Positions 37,521-49,670 of a stretch of DNA of 64,000 nucleotides are shown in pieces. The number at the start of each line of letters is the position of its first letter. Positions within the stretch are counted from its first letter, which is position 1. The stretch covers positions 1-64,000 of the forward strand of contig NMRA01000855.1 of NCBI GenBank assembly GCA_002633005.1, read 5' to 3'. Origin of the DNA: Phoronis australis (Eukaryota > Animalia > Phoronida). A program made the translations under genes and the position numbers. Below the pieces are notes generated by a model, which was not told the DNA's origin, did not search any database, and saw only the letters and a program-made list of their open reading frames with translations.

Positions 37521-40500
37521 GACATGTTATGTGAGCATCAGCATCTAGAAGCGAAATTTCTAAAAAGTTGGAAATCTGATTTATTTTGTCCTTGGCCTAA
37601 ATTGAGTTTCCTCAATGAGTTGTTCTAGTGAAGTAATTTGCTAAAGCTAAAATCTCTGTGGTAAAAGTAACAAAAGTATCGCATATGATATGAAATAAAC
37701 ATGTTGTGTTAGTTTGCCATGCATACCAACACCTTCGGGCTCAACAGTAAAGTGATTGCTTTTGTCATTCTCCCATGTCTAAATTTGAATCTCTCATGAG
37801 AACTCCAGATACCTCACTTCTGAAATTCATCCACTATGTTCTAAAGCGACAAGTTTAAACTATCCAGTCTGTAATGCACCTGACAATGTACTACCTTGTA
37901 TATGTTATACTTTGGGCCTATGGCCATATTTCAATAAAAATACACATAGAAATAAACAGCCCACAAGGATCATTAACACAAATTTATTTTCAGCTAAATA
38001 CACCTCTGGTCATGATTCAATCCTATGTCAAAAATACAGCTATTAGTGAAAGTTTATCTCCATCGGAAATAATGAGAAATCAAGCCCGCCGTAACTAGGA
38101 GTAACCACAGTTATATTTAGCAGCAAACTCTTCCTATTGCTAATAATATCCATGTACATCAACCTTAGACGTCATTTGTTGCCTTCCAAGCAATTTTTGA
38201 ATAACTATTGAATTTAATCTATTCTAAACTGCTAAAAGATTTCATGGAATACTTATTGCTGAAGGGATATATTCCATACCACAATAGGCATTAGTTGATT
38301 GAGACATAGTCAATTTAACCGCGCCATCAATGAAGCCAGCTAACAAGAGGTACTGACAGTCAATGAAGACCATTTTGTTTGGTTTATCAATGTTCAACTA
38401 TAAAACCAGCTCCAACAGAAAATTCTGTATGTAGAAAGCGACATGGTGAATTAACAGCACGTCACCATGAAATGTGGCAATAGAATGGTCAATTCCAAGT
38501 TTGTATTTTTGTAGTGAAATTTGATAAGCACATTGGTCCTTCTCAGAGCTAAATGCATGTTAAATGTTATCCATAAACCACACAATAAGTCATACAAGGA
38601 AAATTCAGGAGGTAGAAAACCATTGATTCAGCCTGAAAAATCTCATCATTGCAATAAATGCCAAGTTTCCAATACTAGTGTCAATGTTTTGAATTTAGCT
38701 TGCCTATGAAATTTCGGTGTTCAATAAGGTTTTAAACAATATCTGTTCAGTATTAAAAATTGGGAAGGTTTCTTATTGAATCATTCAATGGCAAGGCTTG
38801 CAGTCATCCTCCTCAAGATATACAAGCTCTGAATGACATGTTCTCACTGTTGAAAATGAGAGAAAGAGATTATTCAGACATAAGTAGGTCTTAAGACATG
38901 TACAAAATTTAATCCACTCTGAGGGGCTTGTAACCTCAACTTATCAAATTTGACATCCCATGACTAAACGTCTCTAACACAGGTGTTAAACCTATATAAA
39001 ATATGAATGAATTTAATTTGGAAAAGAGTGTCTCAAACGGACAAGCACTAACAAATGGACCCAAGTCTTAGACATCAGAAGATAGAAATTTAGAGAAGCA
39101 AAACTGGTGCACAAAAGCCATCAATAGGCATCACTCAGAGTTCTTAGGTATTTTTGAAACATGCTCTGAGTCATACTCACAGACAGTAAAAATGAACTGG
39201 AAATATAAGTTGGTATAGTGTTTTCCAAGACACTCAAGGCCACTGCAATATTTCAGTCTTCTGCGAACAACCATAAGGGGTTCATCAACTTATGAACACA
39301 TACAATTGGCAAATTTTTGGAAAATAAATTTCTCAATTTTGTGATATTCAAATTTTTCTGCTTTTAGTAAATTCAAACTTGGCAAGCATTTGATACATCT
39401 CTTGCAGTATGCGTGATACTGGGGTATTATTGTATACTGAAGCTTGCTGACAAACAAGGATTCATGCTAAATTTTATCCAATATAAATCTTGCAGCGACG
39501 TAATGAAAAACGCTTCATATCTAGATGGCAACGAGAGTAGCTGGTGCACAGCGTTATGCATACTTGTATGAGGATTTATTGCAGTGGAATTTCCAAACAT
39601 TTGAATCTTTACATATCACTGTGTCGCATACTGCCACAGTTGCCTGAAGGGGTATGCAAATGGTGTACACATACACTCTGTCTATAAACATCCATGAATG
39701 AATGAATGAATGACATTTCATTTTGTCCTTGTCACCTCAGACAGTCTTGAAAATGTGCACTCAAATCATGCGGCATTGTAGGTGAAAGCTGCGTTTTGCT
39801 GTATTTAGGCAACTAAATATCCAGAAACCAAATCAGGCCTATTACTCTCATAAAATGGGTCTAATATTCCATATAATGATAGGTCTCTATTTCCGTTACT
39901 AACAATATCAAGACCCTTAAGTTGAGAAAATGCTTTAGAGTGTATTGGCTTGGTCAATCCTAACATTGCAAATTCAAATGTGGGACATGCACACATTGCC
40001 TGTGGGTGAAGCTGTCACCTTATTGGACAACCATTCAAGATCACACAAGCATGGGAATGCTTTTATACCTCAAAAGGCTGTTGTTGACAGCTTAAACAGT
40101 GTCAAAATGACCAGTCTGAGCCGGGACTTTGAAAGTGAGTCAGGCAAAAGACCACAATGCGAATTACATCTTTCCTATATTGCACCATATTTATCTTCAA
40201 AATTTCAAAAGGTTTGTGAAATACAGCACACTAATCCAAGACTCTGTATTCAAGAGGGCCCACATTTTATTACTGACCACCAGGGACATAATCTCTGATT
40301 GACCACTTGCATGGCAGGCTTTGCGTAAACTAAGAATTTTATAGTAGAATCGTGCCACAGGATTGGTTAAGCTTCGAGTCCAGAGTCTTAATCAAATCAG
40401 AGATCCTCTGGACCCTGACAGCTGCTCACCTGTGTGGGTGCATAGTTCACAACCAGAATGTATGGAATACATTTTTTTCAGCTGGCAGAATTGTTTCACT

Positions 40501-40701
40501 TAGCACTAGAAAGGTTATCCACAGTGATGATTGATAATTACTTCTCTCTAATTCCCTTCCATGACGTCTTAAGTTTGGATACAAAACTCTGATAAGACTA
40601 CACAAAATCACTACAGCCGTCAATGACTATTTTAATATGGCAGTAAATCAATGAGTTAATATTCATCAGCACGCTCGTTTTCAATAATTTCCAGGTCCGA
40701 G

Positions 40702-40813
40702 ATGGTTACAGTGAAAATAGTCCTCCTTGTTCTATGTGGAGCAGTTCTTACTATGGCTAACTTCCACAATTTGAAGAGCAGTGACCATGACCAAGGCTAT
40801 AGGCGATTATCAG
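40702..40813 (+). CDS. Gene B coding exon 1: signal peptide of a putative neuropeptide precursor
   Basis: Acceptor ATTTCCAG ends at 40694; ATG in good context (GAGATGG); MVTVKIVLLVLCGAVLTMA-NFHNLKSSDHDQGYRRLS; donor CAG|GTAGGG after 40813 (phase 1). Confidence 0.82.
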
Positions 40814-43800
40814 GTAGGGCAAAGTGTTATAATGATAATGGGCCAGTGTACCTACTTTACAACACATATATGGTAAAGTTTCTTCAAATTTAAACACAGT
40901 ATGGCAGCACAGTAAAATTTTATTTTAACAAAAATTTTTAAAAGAGAACAAATTTACTTGATTATTTGAAAATGGATGTAATCAGCAAACACACGGTGAA
41001 ATTTAGAACATTTCTGGCATACAATAAGCATTCAAAAATTACCATTTTGGCCAGTATTTGTGTTCAAAATGAGGAAGTTTTACCAGAATAGGGACTGTTG
41101 CAGCTAGAGTATACTTTAGCACAACTTTACCTCAAACATTCCAAAATAACAGTTGAAAGGTCTTGAGAAATTCATTCAAGACGCTTTGAAGATTAGGCAT
41201 AATTATTTGTTTGTAAACTAGTCAGAAGTTGTCAGTTTTACCTTGAGTGTGTGCATTATATTATGTTATGGTCTTTAATTGTTATATGGTGACTGAGTAA
41301 GCCCATTGAGGCTGGGGGATGTGGTGAATATTCTGTATTCACTGGCACCCTTATGTCATTATAACAAATACACTTTGCGTATGCTGTAACAATGCCTATT
41401 AGAGTAGTTTCCTCAACAAAAAATAATGGCCAAAACGGTATGTTTTTCCATTTTCCACTGCCTTGTTAAAAATACAGTTACAGTTCACTATTCCACCAGA
41501 CGGTGTTCCACATAGAGAAAACTTAACCCTAAAAGGACATAACTACTGAAAACACCTGCGAATTTTGAAGGACAGAAAACCAAAAATTAAGGTAACTTTC
41601 TTCTATAAGTTTTAAGATCAACACAAAAGAGAAATTCAAAGTAGTGTGTATTCGTAACAATGCCTGTTGAAAACTGGAAACCTCTCCTGATCTTTGGTGA
41701 GTGGAAAACTGAAATTTGGTATGCTATTCCATCATAAGATTACCATGGATAGAAAAGAGAAATTCAAATAGCAAATGTTCAGTGTTTCATGTCGTCACCA
41801 GCAGTCCACCTGTTCTTGTTTTTCAAAGATATTTTCATTTCAGAAGTTTTTGCTTTAATTAATTACAGCATCCAGTTCTGCTGAAATTCCAATCGTCACA
41901 AACCCCATTTTTATGAACTGCAATTATTGATCAGTTTTGGTTACTAACCTGCTACTGAGTCCTTTGGTTTTTGTGCAGTGAAATTCTGTGTGCACAGCTC
42001 AGGAGATTACAGTGCCGTTGTATTTCCTTAATTTAGAAGAATATAATACTGATCATTGAAATTTTTTTAATCACAATTCTTAACAAAAAAAAGGAAGAAA
42101 CTTTACTTCAATCATTATTTGCTCAAAATACATTGTTATTGACAAGCACATGATGAAATGTTGAGCATTTTTAACAATACTATTAACTGTGTTAGTGAAT
42201 TCTGATTAATTTTATAATTATTTAGAAGAGAACCATTCATAGTTACTTGAGGACAAACCAAAACTCACATTTCAACCATAAATACTCCCTAAAGTTATAT
42301 AGGACTAGCAAAAATGTCCAAATTTGGTCAATTTTGGAACATCACATCTCACATATGGCTGATAGGATTCATATGAAACTTTCAGGCGCCATGTTTTGTG
42401 CACTGTTCTCCAAAACACAGTTAGACATTGTTTTTAAAATGTTCCACTTTTACATGAGGTCATCAAAGTAAGACTTATACAAAAATGAAACATTGCTTTT
42501 GAGATATAACCTTGAACATGTTTATCAAACAAAATTTGGTTGTCTTATTAATATCGTTATTTGCTATGAAAGTATCTTTCACTTTTGTGATATGTTACTG
42601 TTAGATATCATCAAATGACCAAATTCACCGCAGATTGGCAAACAGCCAACTAGGTATGCTAGTTTCAGAAATATTTTTATTGAGTTATGATCCATCATTT
42701 GCAGATATTTGGCTAAATACAAAATTGTCGATAAGGTCCTAGTACATAACATTTAAGCACAAAATACAGAATCATTTTTATGTCATATCATTCAATATCG
42801 CATGAAGTAGTTCCACACTAAAGAGACTAAACGACCATAATCAATGAAACATAATGTTGTAACACGAGGCATTCAAGTGGGCCACCTGGACAGTTAAATA
42901 TCGAAACATAATATCACAGGAGAGGACAATTAAACAATTCAGCAGCCAACTTGATTTCCACAACATGAATGTTTACCAGTTCATCTGTCCATCAACCCAC
43001 TGGGCATACATTCCATTCATTGACAACTTAAATCAGGTGTAGAGAACATTCCAATACAAAATTGTGTATTACATCACTAACTCCATTGCAAGTTTTGTGG
43101 AAAGACCACGCACTAAGAACCATAAGCTAGCTGCACATGCATGGAAGACAGCTGTCACAGAGCAACTAGCACGTAACAGCTGATCGGGCACAAATGTATG
43201 TTTTAACACAACTGACACAGAGCAAATTGGCAGCCATTTTTGATGCCAGTTTGAGAAGTAGTGCGAGTTGCACTCAATCTGTTTCTCTTTCCGTTTCTGT
43301 GGTGACGTCAGAGGGTAGGCACCGGGATAGTCTCTGGCCCTCCTCCACTCAATCAGTTGCTCCAGTTTCAACTACACGTCTAAACACAACTGGGGCACGG
43401 AGGAAAGGGACCATCTTTCAATGGGCTTGCGCAATAATGTAAATACAGGTGATCTGCTGGTATTCCACGTGGTTTGGGCGTTCGCTATTGGTTATGCGAG
43501 CATGCGCAGACAGTCTTCGTGTAAATGGCACAAGGTGACCCAGTTTGTGATCTAATGTTGTGTAAATGCGACTGAAATTGGAACAAGTCATTCCGTGACA
43601 TTACTTGCACCTCGACAACTGTTCCCCGTGTAAAAACAGCAATCTATGACAGAAAGTAGCAGTCTTTAACAAATTCCTGAATTTATCCTTCAACATCGAA
43701 GTTATGCATTAGTAGGTGACAAAACGACTCATGATTTGTTGAAATCATCAAGACTGGGTTTAGTATCCTTTTAAGAGAAGAAATTTATAACAATGATACA

Positions 43801-44276
43801 TCACTAACTTTGACTGGATGTTGCTTGTAGGTATTTACACAAGTGCTACTTTCAGTAGAATGTTTGCTTTTGTAAATTGTGATTCCTGTAATTGCAGTCA
43901 AGAAGTTTTTCACAATACACTGAAAATTGTATGAACTGTTACATATACCAGCAAATGGGAATTCTACATAAAACGTGGGTGCTTATAGAGAACTTACAGC
44001 GATTTTAGAATGATGAATTTCCCCTAAGGATGGCTGGATACAAGCTGAACTTATTAATTTTAACTATCTATCACGATTAGGAATAACAGAGAATTTACAA
44101 GAACGTTAACAAGATAAAAACGCTATGCTGTTATGCATTTTGCTGCATTGACAAATCGATGAGATTACTTTTGATGTACTGTGGCTGCGGTATAATTTCA
44201 TCAATTTAGGAAACATAGAAAACAAGGGAAATATACTTTCACTTTTAGTAAGTCTAGACAGTGGTGATGGCCAATA

Positions 44277-44450
44277 GTGAAATGTATCAAATAAACACAG
44301 AAAAATGAGGAACCCCAACTGGGAATCGAACCACAGGTCTCTAGATAACCAGTCCTTAGTAGCTCACTGGTAAGAGCGCTAGCCTGACAATCTAGAGAAC
44401 TGTGGTTCGATTCCCAGTTGGGGTTCCTGATTTTCTGTGTTTATTTGTTA
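44277..44450. repeat. tRNA-derived foldback element (pseudo-tRNA at ~44353-44424 with an inverted copy of its 3' half)
   Basis: A-box TAGCTCACTGG, D-arm GCTC/GAGC, loop CTGACAA, B-box GGTTCGATTCC; left arm AAATAAACACAGAAAA..AGGAACCCCAACTGGGAATCGAACCACAG.TCTCTAGAT is the reverse complement of the right arm. Confidence 0.75.
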
Positions 44451-44452
44451 TA

Positions 44453-45833
44453 CCGTATTCGCCGTAATAACTGCCCATGCCCCTATAAGTGCCCCCCACG
44501 CGTTTTCAGACTTTGCTGAAATAAGCGCCCAGTCCATGAACGTGTACACGCGAACAATGACGTACATACAGTCCTAAAACTCGGCTACAGTAACATCTTC
44601 AATTTATTAAAAAAAAATTGCACGGGTCTTCAAGACCACCAGCGGCACTGCTACGGTTGTATTTATCTGTGACTTTACACATGAGAGTAACGCAGCGCTT
44701 CAAAAAGAACGCAACAGCGTTGCTACGCTCTCGCGACTACCACGTCCCACTATGGTCTGACTTTTCAGTAGACACATTGATCGACTGTCTCATGAATAAA
44801 AATAACTCGGTGTTAAACGCACGTGGCTACATATCCATGAACCTGTCATCAAAGACATTAGTCGGGAACTATCCATTCATGAAACGGGTAGCATAGCATC
44901 AATAAGAAATGAATATTGGCACTAATTTCTGACAATTTCTAATACTATAAAACATGTTTGCATTATATTTGAGATGGATTGTTTGATTAACCATAATTGG
45001 TGTTTATAAGCCGAATATCCCATAAAATGACAACTGACAGTGAATGCTTACACACCCTTACACCGAAAAATAACTGTCAGATAGTTACGTACGCATCAGC
45101 TACACGGCGACTAATATGGGCCTTACCGAGGCAAATGTCGAAAGTTTTTAGCACGAGACCGGCAAGTGCTGAATGAAACACACTCTGGTTTAAGCCTACT
45201 GCTTGTGCAAATTTCTTTAGACACATCTAGCTAGTTAGGTTGCGTGGCTCTGGCCAAAAGACGGTCTCTGCTTTGGCAAATGAACTCTGGTGACACGCAC
45301 ACACTCGCTTACTCGCAGACGAACTTCAAAACAAATGTCACGTGACAACAACATGTGTGTTCGTCCAGACATTTTTCTCGCCGTGTTGCCGATCATACAT
45401 GTAGATGGCACGATGTTGCACAGATTTGTACTTAAACCTACCGTTAATCCATACTCCACGGGAACTTAAAAAATCTTGGAGACGCTGCTTATAAAACTTA
45501 ATGAGGATTTCAGGTAATTTGCTGGAGTCGAAAAAATTTTTATTCAAGCATTGAAGTCGCTATATTGAAGACGGCAATTTCGAAGCAGTCAGTCGGCGAG
45601 TTTTTGCCCTGGGATTTCAGCACACTTTTCCTATAACATTTAGCAGCAAAGTTTGATAGCAATGCACCACAGTTTTGTTGAGTCTTTCATAGCTTACATA
45701 TACGTCACAGAGCGTAAATTTGATGAATCTTAGCTTCCGATTTCACCCGTTTCGGAGACTGGGCTTCAACCGCCTTGGGTTATAATAAGCGAACTTTTTT
45801 AAGCGCCCTGGGCGGTTATTACGGCGAATACGG
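44453..45833 (-). mobile_element. Full-length Tc2/pogo-like MITE, inverted relative to 5307-6697, in an intron of gene B
   Basis: TA TSD both sides; TIR CCGTATTCGCCGTAATAAC.GCCC / GGGCGGTTATTACGGCGAATACGG; collinear reverse complement of the 5307 copy. Confidence 0.9.
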
Positions 45834-46047
45834 TACTTTCACTTTTAGAAACGTACATTACGTTAAGTGCAGGATGTGTTGTTTTCTAGTTCTATACCAT
45901 AGGTTCTGTCAGACAATCTTTGTTAAAGTGAAAAAAGGTCAATTTTTGTAATTATTTTGTCTGAAATTGGTGAGATGTTACCATACAAGACTATAATACC
46001 ATAATCTGTTTACACATTGTACTCTCACTGTTTAATCATCTTTTCAG

Positions 46048-46218
46048 ATCAAGTGGAAAATTCAAAAACAAGTGATGACTATCTCATCCTAAAACTGAGA
46101 CAACTCATAGACATCTTAAAAACTAAGCTTGAAAGAAATAAAGAGACTACAAAACGGCTTGAAGACATGCACTTAGACGAGGCTCGTCAGAAAAAGGAGG
46201 ACTCCGAGCTTTCCAAAG
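46048..46218 (+). CDS. Gene B coding exon 2 (charged, helical spacer)
   Basis: Acceptor CTTTTCAG ends at 46047; donor AAG|GTAACT after 46218; 171 nt, phase 1 to phase 1, open frame DQVENSKTSDDYLILKLRQLIDILKTKLERNKETTKRLEDMHLDEARQKKEDSELSK with KR/KK sites. Confidence 0.78.
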
Positions 46219-46801
46219 GTAACTTATTGGGACCAATTACTTTAAACAGCAGGTTCTGTGGTATCTGTGTGAGACTTAAACAACACTTTGTGACACGCAG
46301 GATATATTCACTTTTCAATTATTCCAAGGAATATTTTAACTCATACCAGAGTTTTCGTCCACATTTTTTTCAGGACTGGCACTGAGCAGAACCTATACCT
46401 AAGAAAAGAATACATAGTGCCATTTTCTTTTGCCCTAAAACCTGGAAGTCCCAAACACACACGCTTGTCTCAAGATGCCATACTTTGCAGGATGTATGAG
46501 TGAATTAGCCCCAAACTGCTGATGTTTTGGCTAGCACATTTTTAGCCAGATCCGTTACATTAAAGGACACACATGCCAAAGGGATGGATCCCATTGTTAT
46601 TTAAACAATTCATTACAGAGTGCCTCAATACCAATACTTTAAATTCATTGTGGAGACTAACTAACATTTACATCATTCAAGTAAACCAAACATATTAGGA
46701 TTTACAAGTTTTGTACAAGTCTCACATCTGTAGAGAATATATACAGCAAAATTCTGGGGCAATAAATCTTTAGGCATTACAGGGGATCCCAAAATTTTTA
46801 A

Positions 46802-48489
46802 AGGAGAATGCCACCTGATTTAATTAGTCCTTTTTGCCGTCTTAATTGGTCTATATCCACATTGCCACGCATACGGTCGACCTTACCTTGCCAAGAGGTG
46901 TCGCGTTAACCTGTGAAGAAGGTGAGAAACGACGCTAGCAACGTCAGTGGTTCATCTGCAGAGTGAATGCCGATATGTTGCGGTGCATCGTTCCCGCTTG
47001 TCCGAACTATGCAGCTGCGAGGAAAGCGGGTACATCGGGTTTTTTCGACATCCTCGAGAGACAGAAATACTTAGGAAGTGGCTCGTGGTAGTGAAGAATG
47101 AAAAGTACGCTGTAAATAGCAAGTATGAGGCTGTGAAGCATCTCCGTGTCTGTAGCCTGCAGTCGTCGACAATGCCCGACGAATGCCGGCTTACCAAATA
47201 ACTATCCAATCGATACGTTCTGTTGTCTGAGCTTGTTCACGGTGCCTCTCTAGTATTTCTTCATCACTGTATTCCTGTTCGAATTGATAGCCTGTGAAAC
47301 TTAACGATCAACCTGCGAAGTCTTCGTAGGGATCGACTGATGAGCTCTGGTCTAAGTCGGGATTGTGAGTTGCCATGTTGATGTTTATTACTGAGCGTTC
47401 TGTTTCAAAGTGAATAATTCTCACCCTAACCAATACTTATATAAAACTGAAACAAAGTCTGCCTCATTAGATGCAATTTGTAATGCCTTTCGAGTGTTCG
47501 TGAGTGCAAATGATTTGAGAAGCCAGCAATGAATAAATCACTGCGTTACCAGCTTTAGGTGCAATAAAACTAATTGACAGGACACCGAGGCCGTGTGAGC
47601 TCATTCTAATTTAGCGTTTGCTGGCAGAAACTGTTGTGAAACAACTCATTCGATTTCCACCCCACGGCTTGGAGTTAGGGGAGTCTTTATTTACATTTAC
47701 ATTATAAAAATAATCATTGTCAATGAACAACCTCTGCCCTGACGGTGCTGTGGCCAAAGCAGAACCTAAATTGGCGGCCCCCGACGAGTAAGTAGATTTG
47801 CAGTTTCGTGGGTAATTCACCAAAATAATCACGTGCGCATTACTTTGGCTCACTAGTATAGTATTTTCATGACTGGAAGTTTAGTTTCCAACTCTGGCTG
47901 GTTTATGTTCGTAACGTCTGATCAGTTTGCGAGCCACTGGCCGGATAACGAGTCAATCCAGCCGGCCACAACGGGCCTAATCGGGCTCCGAGCCACTGGC
48001 CATAATAACAAGCATTTTGTGTGTTTAGAACTCAAAAAAATCACAAGTCTAAACAACACAGATCGGGGTTATCCTGTCTGTATCTCACGGATAATACTTG
48101 GAATTTGTCTCCGAACAGACCCAAACTCCTGCTACGGACCTTATTGGCCTGCCGAACTTTGGAGGCTATGGTGTGTCCAAATACCAATAAATCCGTAACA
48201 GCGAAATAAAACAACACGTTTTTATAAGAACTCGGTATATTTTTGAGGATTCTACATCGAAGTTTGATGATTTATTGGTGTTAAACGATAAATTTAAGCG
48301 ATAAGCTGACACCAGTTACCAGTGCTGTTAACTAACAGATTGCGTGTGAAACCAATTACGTCATTGGATAATTTCGACACCTCCGTCTGCCGTCAGGTGT
48401 CGGTAACGCAACCGTACGTGCCGTTATGGAGTAGAACTACTCGATCTAAATTGATACAAATTAGGTTGTTTTTTGGGTGGCATGCTCCT
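46802..48489 (+). mobile_element. Non-autonomous Kolobok-like transposon in an intron of gene B
   Basis: TTAA TSD both sides; TIR AGGAGAATGCCACC / GGTGGCATGCTCCT; THAP-domain remnant near the left end, as expected for Kolobok transposases. Confidence 0.8.
46967..47165 (+). pseudogene. THAP zinc-finger remnant of Kolobok transposase
   Basis: MPICC.. start in one frame, then GFFRHPRETEILRKWLVVVK...KHLRVCSLQ in another, matching the THAP signature F..FP......KW.......RVCS.HF; frameshifted and the His ligand is lost. Confidence 0.72.
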
Positions 48490-49670
48490 TTAAGGAAAAT
48501 ATTCTGTGAGACTAGGAAATGGATTTGTTGTTAATTAGTGGTGTGTTTCATATTCCAGGAATTCGAAAGTTTAATTTTGGACTTTTGGCACCAAATACAA
48601 AAAGTTCTACTTCTCCAACCTGACAGAAAAAAATGTTCTATTGTTTTCTGCAGTGGAAGTTGTGTTCGATTTGAAATGGAATGAGAAGTTGTCATTATGA
48701 CAAAATCCATTCATTTCATCACTTCTGTGATTTGGAAATGAAAGGTTTCAACCGCTGGAATATGCAAAATACCACTAGTTTCCAAGAAACCCATTCTCTC
48801 CTGTTCGCATTTCAGAGTATCCTTGTTAAAACTTTTAGTCATCCTGTACAATGGTGCACACAATTTTCTTGAATAATCGAGGATTCTGATAATGATACAT
48901 TTTTAGTCACCTTATACATTCGTGTACACAAGTTTCTTCAATAATCAAGGATTCTGATGATGCATTGCTCCAGAAGGTGAAAATATGGACATGGAAGATA
49001 TTAAGAAGTTTTGATTCTTGATAGCAAATGTAGACAGTCTTAAATATCTGATTATCTATTGTAATTGACTAGTGTAAATAGAGCTTGCGGATGTTGGAAA
49101 AGACAACAAAATCCCTTTTTGTTACATTATGACGTTTAATACCCAAACGTGAATATTTAACGCCAGGTTCTTTCACTCAAATAATATTTTTAACTCTGCT
49201 GACACCAGAGTGTAGGAAATCCTATATTTTGCCTATTAATATAGCTCAATGTTTATTGCATCACACAACGCATGACATGGCAGAAAACTACATCAATTCA
49301 CAGCAAAACGAAAGTTGGACACAACAACAAAAATTTGCTGAAAAACTGCCCCCTGGAAGATTTCTCCAAACATGTTTTTAGAACATGAATGTTCGGATAC
49401 TCAAGGTGGTTAAAAAGGGCAATAAAATCCATCCCATCTGGCCTAGGCAGAGGCAGATAGGTTACTGAACACATAGACTATGAAACCCCTCACATTCCCA
49501 CCAATGCAATGGGTGGAAAATCCCGAGATTGGAACTAACTGTTCTTGGCCCCAAGTGGTACGAACGGAAATCTTTGAATTTAATTACAGAACATTTAATT
49601 GCAACAGCTACAAAGAACTTGCAAAGGTAACATTAATTTCTAAATTAAAACATCCTCGTCTGTATTCCAG

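Noticed and set aside
44353-44424. Functional tRNA-Val(GAC) gene
   Set aside because: Weak acceptor stem with several G-T pairs, mismatches in anticodon and T stems, atypical anticodon, and it is embedded in a foldback repeat.
49590-49626. Extra micro-exon just upstream of gene B terminal exon (AG...AAG|GTAACA)
   Set aside because: 37 or 19 nt lengths break the frame, and the following intron would be only 44 nt.
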